DNA of 64,000 nt from an uncultured Acidobacteriaceae bacterium (GTDB lineage Bacteria > Acidobacteriota > Terriglobia > Terriglobales > Acidobacteriaceae), in NCBI GenBank assembly GCA_963822545.1, contig CAWGIB010000006.1, positions 565,428 through 629,427 of the forward strand, written 5' to 3'. A model generated the notes under the pieces. It had not been told where the DNA came from and searched no databases. It saw only the letters and a program-made list of their open reading frames with translations. How positions within the stretch are numbered: position 1 is the first letter of the stretch; the number at the start of each line of letters is the position of its first letter. Positions 28,472 to 36,245 of the stretch are shown piece after piece. The position numbers and the translations under genes were made by a program.

Positions 28472-29098
28472 ATGAAAGTTCTAGTGATTGGAGCAGCGGG
28501 CAAGAGCGGAGAAGCGCTGGTAAATGAGGCACTGGCGGCCGGGCATAAGGTGACGGCTTTCGTGCGCGGTGCCGCGCAGTACAAGAAGGCGAATGTCAGA
28601 GTTGTTGCGGGCGACGTGCTGGACGCAGCCGCGGTCGACGTTGCGGTCGCCGGACAGGACGCGGTGATCGACGCGCTGGGCGGCAAGACGCCGTGGAAAG
28701 TGACGACGATGGAAACGAGCGCGGCACACAATATTGTGGACGCGATGCGGCGCAATGGCGTGCGGCGATTGCTGAAGATTTCGGTAGTTGGTGCGGGCGA
28801 GAGTGTCAGGAACGCCGGTTTTTTCAACGAGCACCTGCTGATGAGGACGTTTCTGCGGGGTCTGCTGGTCGACAAGGCGGGCATGGAGGCCGAGATCGAA
28901 GGCAGCAAGCTGGACTGGACGCTGGTGCGGCCGCCGATGTTGACCGACGGCGAGAAGACCGGCATTGCCAGGGTGCTGAGCACGGAAAGCGGCGAGAAGG
29001 CGCACAAGATCGGGCGGGCCGATCTGGCAGCCTTCATGGTTCAGCAACTGGAAAGCAGCCGGTATGTGCGTCAGGCTGTGACAGTGACGACCACATAG
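28472..29098 (+). CDS. NAD(P)H-binding (atypical SDR / NmrA- or flavin-reductase-like) protein
   Basis: MKVLVIGAAGKSGEALVNEALAAGHKVTAFVR. AAGGAGAA SD present. Confidence 0.8.
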   Translation: MKVLVIGAAGKSGEALVNEALAAGHKVTAFVRGAAQYKKANVRVVAGDVLDAAAVDVAVAGQDAVIDALGGKTPWKVTTMETSAAHNIVDAMRRNGVRRLLKISVVGAGESVRNAGFFNEHLLMRTFLRGLLVDKAGMEAEIEGSKLDWTLVRPPMLTDGEKTGIARVLSTESGEKAHKIGRADLAAFMVQQLESSRYVRQAVTVTTT

Positions 29099-29183
29099 CA
29101 AGGCCCCCGCGAGGATCAACCACCTCTCTCATCGAGGCGATCCGATCGGCTGTGTAAAGGCCTGTAACGATTCATGCGACAGA

Positions 29184-29293
29184 TGAAATGTGGTGAAATG
29201 TGGGGACATGAAATGTGGGTGAAATGTGGGGACAGACGGGACGTTCACTAGTTTCCATTTGTTGAAAGACTCGGAAACGTTCCGTCCATCCCC
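29184..29293. repeat. 4x GAAATGTGG tandem motif fused to long inverted-repeat element, copy 3
   Basis: GAAATGTGG at 29184, 29194, 29210 and 29221. Arms GGGGACAGACGGGACGTTC (29228-29246) and AACGTTCCGTCCATCCCC (about 29276-29293), followed by AATTTTTCAGGTTTTC. Confidence 0.75.
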
Positions 29294-29341
29294 AATTTTT
29301 CAGGTTTTCAACGGCCACCCTGATTAATTCCCGCCATGAAT

Positions 29342-30358
29342 CTACTGCTGCAATGAAAATCCCGACGGCAGAGCTGCCTCAAGATTGATTTGTTCTCCGG
29401 TGATGGGGTGGTGGAAATTCAGAAATCGGGCGTGCAGAAAATATCCGCCATCGCCCGGGAGGCCGGGGAGATTTTCAAGAGGCTGGCCGGATAAACCGTA
29501 CAGAGGATCGCCTACCAGCGGATGGCCGATGGATGCCAGATGGATTCTGATTTGATGAGGGCGGCCCGAATTTAGGCTTACCTCAAATGTTGTGGTGCCT
29601 GGTGTGCAGGGTGACGCTGTGCTGCTTGCTTGCCGGGCTTGCCCGCTATCACAAAACGCGGGCACAACTGGACACAAAGACGCCGTGCTGCCTGGCGCCC
29701 GTGAGATCACCTTCGCCAATGACTTTGACGGTTTGCCACTCGGGTTGGCGGCCCACACCATGCCGATGCGCGGGTGCGGTACAAGTCCGATGGGTGTGAG
29801 GATTTCGTAGGCGTCGTGCTGTGCCATGTTTTGAGCCAGCGCCCAATAGATTTTTTGAATTCTGGGTGTGTTCCAGTCCGCGCCTAGTTTAGCGGCGGCC
29901 TGCGCTGTTTTGGCGAAGAGAACGATGCCGGTTGTGCCTCGGCCTAACCGGTGGACCGGGTTTGCGTTGGGGGTTTGCTTTTGCACCAGGCGCAGTAGCG
30001 TGTTTTCCATGAAGCCGCCGCCGGGGAGAGTGGGCAGTCCGCCAGGTTTGTTGACGGCCAACAGGTGGTGATCTTCAAACAGGATTTCGAAGTGTTGAGG
30101 AGATTCTGGTTCGATCCAGGGTGGACGGTTCCAGACAAGTGTTTGGCCTACGGTAACCGATTCGCTTCCGGTGGCGGTCATGCCGTTGAGGGCGACTTCG
30201 CCGTTGTTCAGATTTTGTTGCCAGGCTTCTGGAGTTGAGTGGGGGTAAAGGCTTGCCAAATGGGAGAGCAGGGTTTGCCCATGATGTTTGCCGCTGATGA
30301 TGGTGGTGTAGGCGTAGCCCCGGTTGAGCATGTGGTTTGAGTGTAAGCCATGGTGCAT
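29342..30358 (-). CDS. RluA-family pseudouridine synthase carrying a 31-aa in-frame insertion
   Basis: HHLLAVNKPGGLPT, HRLGRGTTGIVLFAKT (catalytic Asp region variant), SGRPHQIRIHLASIGHPLVGDPLYG. The insertion APGSTASLCPVVPAFCDSGQARQASSTASPCTPG is absent from the duplicated fragment at 24414-24734. Confidence 0.85.
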   Translation of the reverse strand: MHHGLHSNHMLNRGYAYTTIISGKHHGQTLLSHLASLYPHSTPEAWQQNLNNGEVALNGMTATGSESVTVGQTLVWNRPPWIEPESPQHFEILFEDHHLLAVNKPGGLPTLPGGGFMENTLLRLVQKQTPNANPVHRLGRGTTGIVLFAKTAQAAAKLGADWNTPRIQKIYWALAQNMAQHDAYEILTPIGLVPHPRIGMVWAANPSGKPSKSLAKVISRAPGSTASLCPVVPAFCDSGQARQASSTASPCTPGTTTFEVSLNSGRPHQIRIHLASIGHPLVGDPLYGLSGQPLENLPGLPGDGGYFLHARFLNFHHPITGEQINLEAALPSGFSLQQ

Positions 30359-30368
30359 CGATCCTCTG

Positions 30369-30445
30369 TTTCGTTTGGGATGACAATTGTTTAGGGGTCA
30401 GTGGTGGAGACTGCGGATCCCTCACTTCGTTCGGGATGACAATCC
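30369..30445 (+). repeat. two copies of the 'RFAQDD'-type short repeat
   Basis: TTTCGTTTGGGATGACAATT (30369-30388) and GGATCCCTCACTTCGTTCGGGATGACAATCC (30415-30445). A related copy GATCCTTCGCTTCGCTCAGGATGAGAATG lies at 58791-58819. Confidence 0.6.
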
Positions 30446-30461
30446 GTAGTGCGGCGCAATC

Positions 30462-30499
30462 GCACTCATTCACAAAAAGCGCGAATGAGTTGGGCACCC
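30462..30499 (+). repeat. GGGGCACC-hairpin family, copy 6
   Basis: GCACTCATTC-acaaaaagcgc-GAATGAGTTGGGCACCC. Confidence 0.65.
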
Positions 30500-30556
30500 G
30501 GCAGGATTGTGAAAATTGCGAGATTTCGTTAACGAGAACTTAGAATGCGCCCTTAT

Positions 30557-30871
30557 TTACGGACGATTCTCACGACGTGCTTGGGGTAGGACGACGAAAA
30601 TGGCTACAAGGACAAGACATATGCCAGTTGCCGTCATCATGTCATAACGCAGGAAATTTACCCATGCGAACTCCCTGCCGTTGAGATAAACGACACCCAT
30701 CTTGGACCACCCTGCGCGGTAAACCCTTCCCATCATCGGCTGAGGTAGGCGAGGCATCACGGCCTCGTAGTAGCATGCGGTCACTGTGTCGGCCACGAAA
30801 TAGAAACATCCCACAATGCAAAATAGACCTGTAAAAACTTTCCGAGCCGTAATTTGTAATCCTGGGCGCAT
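30557..30871 (-). CDS. small two-TM membrane protein, hypothetical
   Basis: Hydrophobic segments FTGLFCIVGCFYFVADTV and ATGICLVLVAIFVVL. Confidence 0.5.
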   Translation of the reverse strand: MRPGLQITARKVFTGLFCIVGCFYFVADTVTACYYEAVMPRLPQPMMGRVYRAGWSKMGVVYLNGREFAWVNFLRYDMMTATGICLVLVAIFVVLPQARRENRP

Positions 30872-31025
30872 ACTTCCAGCGTCATAAGCTTACTTAAAAT
30901 GCTCCTGACGCGCACGACGATAGGCCACATAACGGACCTGCAGAGATTACTGTTGTAACATCGCCTTTACAGTCAGGACGCGGTCAATGAATGTAATTGT
31001 TGATTTCGATGGGAGTAGTGATCGT

Positions 31026-33869
31026 TTACGCGTTCCCGCTGGCGGCTGTCGTGCGAGGTTTTTCCTTGTCGATCACGTCCCTCAGCGTCCGGGTCAAGTC
31101 CGAGAGGGAGAAAGGTTTTTGCAAGAAGGCTTCGCCTTCGTTCAGTGTTCTTGCCTGCACGGAACTGTCATGGGTGTAGCCGGAAATGTAGAGCACCTTC
31201 AGTTGCGGCAACCGGGTAATTAATCTGTCGGCTAACTCGCGGCCATCCATACCGGGCATCATGATATCGGTGATGAGGGCGTGAACTGGTATGTTCTGTT
31301 TGCCAACCAGGTCCAAAGCGGCAGTGCCGCTTTCACATGGAACGATGTTGTAGCCTAAACCTTTTAACATCTCGGCTATCAAAGATCGGAGATTCGCATC
31401 GTCTTCCACTAACAAGACGGTTTCGGAGCCCCTGGTTGACTCGATTGGAGGTTGAGCCACGAGGCGCGCGGCGGCTGTTGATCTGAGAGGTAAGTAGATC
31501 TTAAAAGTTGTTCCGACCGCAGGTTCGCTATAAACCCAGATGTAACCTTCGGATTGTTTGACAATCCCATAGACAATGGACAGACCGAGCCCGGTCCCTC
31601 TTCCGAGGTCCTTGGTCGTAAAAAACGGTTCGAAGAGACGGGACATCGTGTCCTGGTCCATTCCGAATCCTGTATCCGAAATCGATAACAGCACATAGCG
31701 GCCAGGCACTACCGGCTTGTGGTGAAGGGCATAGGAGTCATCCAAATTGCATACGGACGATTCGATGGTGAGTTTACCGCCCTCAGGCATGGCGTCGCGG
31801 GAATTCACAGCCAGGTTCATGATGACCTGTTCGATTTGCCCTGGATCCACTTTGACTCGAGATTCGGAACAAGAGAACTTGAGGGAGAGTTCAATATCGT
31901 CTCCGATCAGCCGGCGCAGCATATTGGCCAGATGGCTGACAACTTCATTGAGTTCTACCACGCGGGGCTGGATGATCTGCTTGCGGCTGAAAGCCAATAA
32001 CTGCTGGGTCAGCGCGGCAGCCCTTTTCGACGCAATGTGAATTTCCTCTGAATAATGCAAAGACTTTTCATCCAGGTTATCCCGGAGCTTGAGCAGTTCG
32101 CTGTAGCCGCTGATAACACCCAGCATGTTGTTAAAGTCGTGGGCTACACCGCCGGCGAGTCGTCCGATCGCCTCCATTTTTTGTGCCTGCTGTAATTGTT
32201 TCTGAAGAGTTTTTCGTTCCGTGACATCCTGCTTGATGGCGATGAAGTACTTGTTAATGCCCTCGTTCGCAGACATAGGGGTGATGGTCATTTCTTCCGT
32301 ATAGTCCGTCCCGTCTTTTCGACGGTTGACCATCTCGCCTTGCCAAACCTGCCCAGAAGAAACTGTCTTCCACATTTCCGCGTAATAACTGTCAGGTTGC
32401 TGCCCAGATTTCAAGAGGCGTGGATTTTTCCCGACTACTTCTTCACGGCTATACCCAGTGAGGGTGGTAAATGCGGGATTGGCCCAAATGACTGTGCCAT
32501 CGTTTTTTGTGATGAGGATGGCATTGGCGGCAGCCTCGAGGGCGGCTGATTGCAACTGCGATTGCTCTTCGGCTCTTTTGCGGAGAGTGATGTCACGGGC
32601 GATAGCGGAGGCCCCGACAATTTGTCCCATCGCGTCCTTTATTGGTGAAATTGAAACAGAAACATCGACCAGTTTGCCTTGCTTGGTCAGGCGCTGGGTC
32701 TCCATATTTTCGATTGCCTGACCACTCTGGATGCGCTCAATGATAGCGTCGAGTTCGGCGCGCCGTTCGGGGGGCAAAAGAATCGAAACATGCTGCCCGA
32801 GTGCTTCGGTTGCGGAGTACCCGTACATTCTCTCGGCTGCCGGGTTCCAACTGGTAAGGATGCCCTGAAGGTTTTTGGCGATGATGGCATCCTGAGAAAG
32901 CTCCACGATGGATGAGAGCAGTTCCTTCGCTTCTTCAGCTTTCTTTCGGCCGGTGATGTCGGAAAGAAGACCCGTGATGAGGCGCACACCACCAGCCTCA
33001 ATGGAGGCAGAGGCGCGGTCGTGAGCCCAGAACCATTCTCCATTTTTCTTTTGTGCCCTGCATTCAAGATCGTAGGATGTCCCATCTCGAACGAGCGCTT
33101 CAAATGCCTCCTTCACCTTCTTCTTGTCGCCCGCGTGGACTGAATTGAACCAGATGGAATCTCCATGCTCGTAGAACTCAGACGCAGAATAGCCGAGGAC
33201 TGTTTCGATCTGGTCACTCACGAAGATGACGTTGCCTTGGCCATCGGTTTTCCAGACAACCTCTGGGATGCTGGAAATCAGCGCGCGATACTTCTCTTCG
33301 CTCACGCGCAACGATTGCTCTGCAGCGCGGCGTTTCCGCAAGTCGAGCGCGAGTCCGAGCATCGCAACCCGATCGTTAAGAACGATACGAGCACCCGTCA
33401 GGAGACACGGGATCTCGGTTCCGTCTTTTGCGACAACGACAGATTCAAATTTGGCCGCTCCGTCGACGAATGTCGCGGCAATTGCGTTGGCCGCATTGTT
33501 TCGCTCGCGCTCGGCGACTGTTTCAAGCAAGTTAATGCCGGCAACTTCCTGATCGGTGTAGCCGAGCGTGGTTGCAAGGTTCGAATTCCAATGGATCAAC
33601 CCGCCCTTGTCGTCGGTCATACAAGCCATCTCGGGCAGGTGATGGATGAGCTCGGCGGTGAGCTTTTCCCGTTCAACTTTCTCTGAGTGAAAATACCTGA
33701 GGTTCATCAAGAAAATAACGAAGCCGCAAAGGAGCACTGCCAGAACATGCGGGTGGCGAACCGAGAACGACGGAAGGGCAACCAGCGTGAAGGCCTCAAC
33801 CCCCGTCGCAAGAATTAAAGCAATTGCGGCCCAACGAAGTGCCTTGGTTAGAACTAGACGTTTATCCAA
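31026..33869 (-). CDS. hybrid sensor histidine kinase (TM, multiple PAS, HisKA, HATPase_c, receiver)
   Basis: At least 4 PAS-like modules (for example ITGRKKAEE, ARDITLRKRAEE, KQDVTERK junctions). H-box GGVAHDFNNMLGVI, N-box LAVNSRDAMPEGG, G-box GTGLGLSIVYGIV. Receiver VLLVEDDANLR...DIMMPGMDG. TTG start. Confidence 0.9.
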   Translation of the reverse strand: MDKRLVLTKALRWAAIALILATGVEAFTLVALPSFSVRHPHVLAVLLCGFVIFLMNLRYFHSEKVEREKLTAELIHHLPEMACMTDDKGGLIHWNSNLATTLGYTDQEVAGINLLETVAERERNNAANAIAATFVDGAAKFESVVVAKDGTEIPCLLTGARIVLNDRVAMLGLALDLRKRRAAEQSLRVSEEKYRALISSIPEVVWKTDGQGNVIFVSDQIETVLGYSASEFYEHGDSIWFNSVHAGDKKKVKEAFEALVRDGTSYDLECRAQKKNGEWFWAHDRASASIEAGGVRLITGLLSDITGRKKAEEAKELLSSIVELSQDAIIAKNLQGILTSWNPAAERMYGYSATEALGQHVSILLPPERRAELDAIIERIQSGQAIENMETQRLTKQGKLVDVSVSISPIKDAMGQIVGASAIARDITLRKRAEEQSQLQSAALEAAANAILITKNDGTVIWANPAFTTLTGYSREEVVGKNPRLLKSGQQPDSYYAEMWKTVSSGQVWQGEMVNRRKDGTDYTEEMTITPMSANEGINKYFIAIKQDVTERKTLQKQLQQAQKMEAIGRLAGGVAHDFNNMLGVISGYSELLKLRDNLDEKSLHYSEEIHIASKRAAALTQQLLAFSRKQIIQPRVVELNEVVSHLANMLRRLIGDDIELSLKFSCSESRVKVDPGQIEQVIMNLAVNSRDAMPEGGKLTIESSVCNLDDSYALHHKPVVPGRYVLLSISDTGFGMDQDTMSRLFEPFFTTKDLGRGTGLGLSIVYGIVKQSEGYIWVYSEPAVGTTFKIYLPLRSTAAARLVAQPPIESTRGSETVLLVEDDANLRSLIAEMLKGLGYNIVPCESGTAALDLVGKQNIPVHALITDIMMPGMDGRELADRLITRLPQLKVLYISGYTHDSSVQARTLNEGEAFLQKPFSLSDLTRTLRDVIDKEKPRTTAASGNA

Positions 33870-34302
33870 ATAAGTACCCTGGACGTTTGTCCACGTATGA
33901 ATGTGACCGGGGGTGAACTAAGAGAAGTGTGGCCCTATAACTTCACAAGTGAAAGTGATCCCCATCACACCAGTACACTCTAGTAACACGTCAATCCAAG
34001 AAGAGCCCATCTAAGCGTTGTCTTTGTCTTCTTCCTTACGAGACCTTAAAGGACTGCTCTTACACATATCGGCCAATGACCGGCGTTCTCCAACTTCTAT
34101 TTGGGGAAAGCCATGCTATCGATCTGATCTCTGTAGGTTTGAATACTTTGATAGTAACCCCTTTAAACTCAGAGACCTGGCGATAATAGTTCCTAAGTCT
34201 TTGAGTTTAAAGGACCACCAAAGGCGGAGTCGCCAGTCCTAAGTGGTAAATACCATAAACCAGCGGAAGTGCCAGAGACTGTTCTCTAAGTCGCTTATTC
34301 TT

Positions 34303-35190
34303 TTAATCCTTCTCTTTCAATAGCTGCTTGCGGGCTGCTTCCAGGGATTTCTTTTGGTCCCCGGTAAGTTTTGGGAAGTGGAGATCCATCTTCTTTAGTT
34401 CGTCGACGATGACTTGCGCGACTACGAGGCGAGTGAACCATTTGTGATCGGCGGGAACTACATACCAAGGTGCGTGTTTGGTCGCGGTGTTCGAGATGGC
34501 ATCTTCGTAGGCTTGCTGATAGTCGTTCCAGAAGCTGCGTTCGTGAATGTCAGCGGCGGAAAACTTCCAGTTCTTTTCGGGGGTGTCGAGGCGTTCGAGG
34601 AAGCGACGCTCCTGCTCCTGCTTCGAAACGTGGAGAAAGAATTTGACGACGGCGATTCCGTTGCGCGTGAGGTAGCGCTCGAAGTTATTGATGTCTTCGT
34701 AGCGCTCGTCCCAGATGTGTTTGGTGACGAGCGAGGGCGGAAGCTTTTCGTTGGCGAGGGCTTCGGCGTGAACGCGGACGACTAACACCTCTTCGTAGTA
34801 AGAGCGGTTGAAGATGCCGATGGTGCCGCGTGCGGGAGCATGCTGGCTGGTTCTCCAGAGATAGCCGTGCTTCAACTCGTCCTCGGTAGGAACTTTGAAA
34901 GGAGTGACGTTGACGCCCTGGGGATTGACTCCCGACATGACGTGCTTGATGGTGCTGTCTTTTCCGGCAGCGTCCATGGCCTGGAAGATGATGAGCATGC
35001 CCCAGAGGTCCTGAGCGGCGAGGATGTTCTGGAGGCGGTCGAGATCGGCGATTCCGTCGGCGAGGAGCTTCTTGGCTTGCGGCTTGGAGTCGGAGTCGAG
35101 GCCGTGCGTGTCGGCGGGATCGTGATCCTTCAGGCGGAAGTGCTTGCCGTGTTCGATGCGGTATTTCTTGAGCATCTTGTCGAGGTTCAT
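34303..35190 (-). CDS. ppk2: polyphosphate kinase 2 family protein
   Basis: LIIFQAMDAAGKDSTIKHVMSGVNPQG (Walker A-like), YLWR, GIFNRSYYEEVLVVRVH, ERRFLERL; about 295 aa single-domain PPK2. Confidence 0.9.
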   Translation of the reverse strand: MNLDKMLKKYRIEHGKHFRLKDHDPADTHGLDSDSKPQAKKLLADGIADLDRLQNILAAQDLWGMLIIFQAMDAAGKDSTIKHVMSGVNPQGVNVTPFKVPTEDELKHGYLWRTSQHAPARGTIGIFNRSYYEEVLVVRVHAEALANEKLPPSLVTKHIWDERYEDINNFERYLTRNGIAVVKFFLHVSKQEQERRFLERLDTPEKNWKFSAADIHERSFWNDYQQAYEDAISNTATKHAPWYVVPADHKWFTRLVVAQVIVDELKKMDLHFPKLTGDQKKSLEAARKQLLKEKD

Positions 35191-35231
35191 GGTTTGATTT
35201 TCGTACTTTGCCGAAAAAAGGGGAAGGGACA

Positions 35232-35308
35232 GGCTTTGGGCTTTGGGCTTTGGGCTTTGGGCTTTGGGCTTTGGGCTTTGGGCTCTCGGCTCTCGGCTTT
35301 CGGCTTTC
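35232..35308. repeat. 11 tandem heptamers (7x GGCTTTG, 2x GGCTCTC, 2x GGCTTTC)
   Basis: Counted directly. Starts 42 nt upstream of the ppk2 start codon. Followed by a CGAACGAC/CCAACGAC-rich low-complexity tract to about 35398. Confidence 0.9.
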
Positions 35309-35398
35309 TAGCTATGTACGGATGGCGAAGAGCGAACGACGACCAGCGAACAGCAAACGACGCCCCGAACGACCAACAACGAGCGACCAACGACGCGT

Positions 35399-36205
35399 CT
35401 ACTGCTGCTTGTAGACGGAGCTGTCGGGCGTGGGTGCGTCGTATTCGCGGCCGTATTTGTTTTTGTGGGCCATGCTTTGGGTGGTGGCTTCGGGGACGCG
35501 GATCATGCCGAGAGAGGTGGCGTTTTCTCCGATGGTGATTTCGCGGGTGAGAGGCTTTTCGTTTTCGGGGCCCAGACCTTCGCTCCAGATATGGAGGAGG
35601 TAGCGTCCATAGGGCACGTTGGCGATGCTGACTTGGCCATCGTCAGAGGCGATTGAGTAAAGAGGAGTTCCCATGGTGATGATGACGGCGCTCATCTCGG
35701 GATGGATGTTGCAGAAGATGTAGCTGATGCCGGGACGATCGAAGCGGACCATGCGGGTGGTACCGGCTTCGTAGAGTCCGAGATCGAAGCGCTTGCCTTC
35801 GAAGAGCGAGAAGACGTTGTGGAAGAAGGGGTCGCGGTTGGGGAACTCGACCTGGGATCCGGCGGGCACGACTAGGACGTGAGGCTCAAAACTTTTGTTG
35901 CGCTGGACAAGGCGCGGATTGGAGCCGGGAGTGGGCTTGGGCGGATCGAGGTCGAGTCCGCTGCCGGGAGCGGGGGTGAGCCAGACGACGGCGGAAGGAG
36001 ACGCGATGTGATGCTTCTTGGCGGCAGGCTTTCCTTTTTCAGGCGACTGCTTGGCGTCTTTCTTGTCGCTGTCTTTGTCGGATTTGCTGTCAGCGGCGGC
36101 GTCACGCACGACTTCGACTCGTCCGCGCACGGTGGCGGTTTGCGCGTGGGCGTGTGCGCAAAGGGCCAGCAATAGTCCGAAGAGCAGCGGATTTCTGGAC
36201 TTCAT
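35399..36205 (-). CDS. secreted cupredoxin-like (type-1 copper, amicyanin-type loop) protein
   Basis: Signal peptide LLFGLLLALCAHAHAQ and a Lys/Asp-rich linker. Candidate ligands are FHNVFS (His) and CNIHPEM (Cys-x2-His-x2-Met, as in amicyanin CTPHPFM). Confidence 0.7.
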   Translation of the reverse strand: MKSRNPLLFGLLLALCAHAHAQTATVRGRVEVVRDAAADSKSDKDSDKKDAKQSPEKGKPAAKKHHIASPSAVVWLTPAPGSGLDLDPPKPTPGSNPRLVQRNKSFEPHVLVVPAGSQVEFPNRDPFFHNVFSLFEGKRFDLGLYEAGTTRMVRFDRPGISYIFCNIHPEMSAVIITMGTPLYSIASDDGQVSIANVPYGRYLLHIWSEGLGPENEKPLTREITIGENATSLGMIRVPEATTQSMAHKNKYGREYDAPTPDSSVYKQQ

Positions 36206-36245
36206 TGGATCATTCTCAGTCGAAGCAAATGCAAACTGGATTCAG

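Noticed and set aside
33870-34302. A riboswitch or leader RNA upstream of the hybrid kinase
   Set aside because: I compared it by eye with the consensus cores I remember (ZTP, c-di-GMP, fluoride, guanidine, SAM-II, preQ1) and found no match. Only the inverted repeat is reported, as an unexplained structure.
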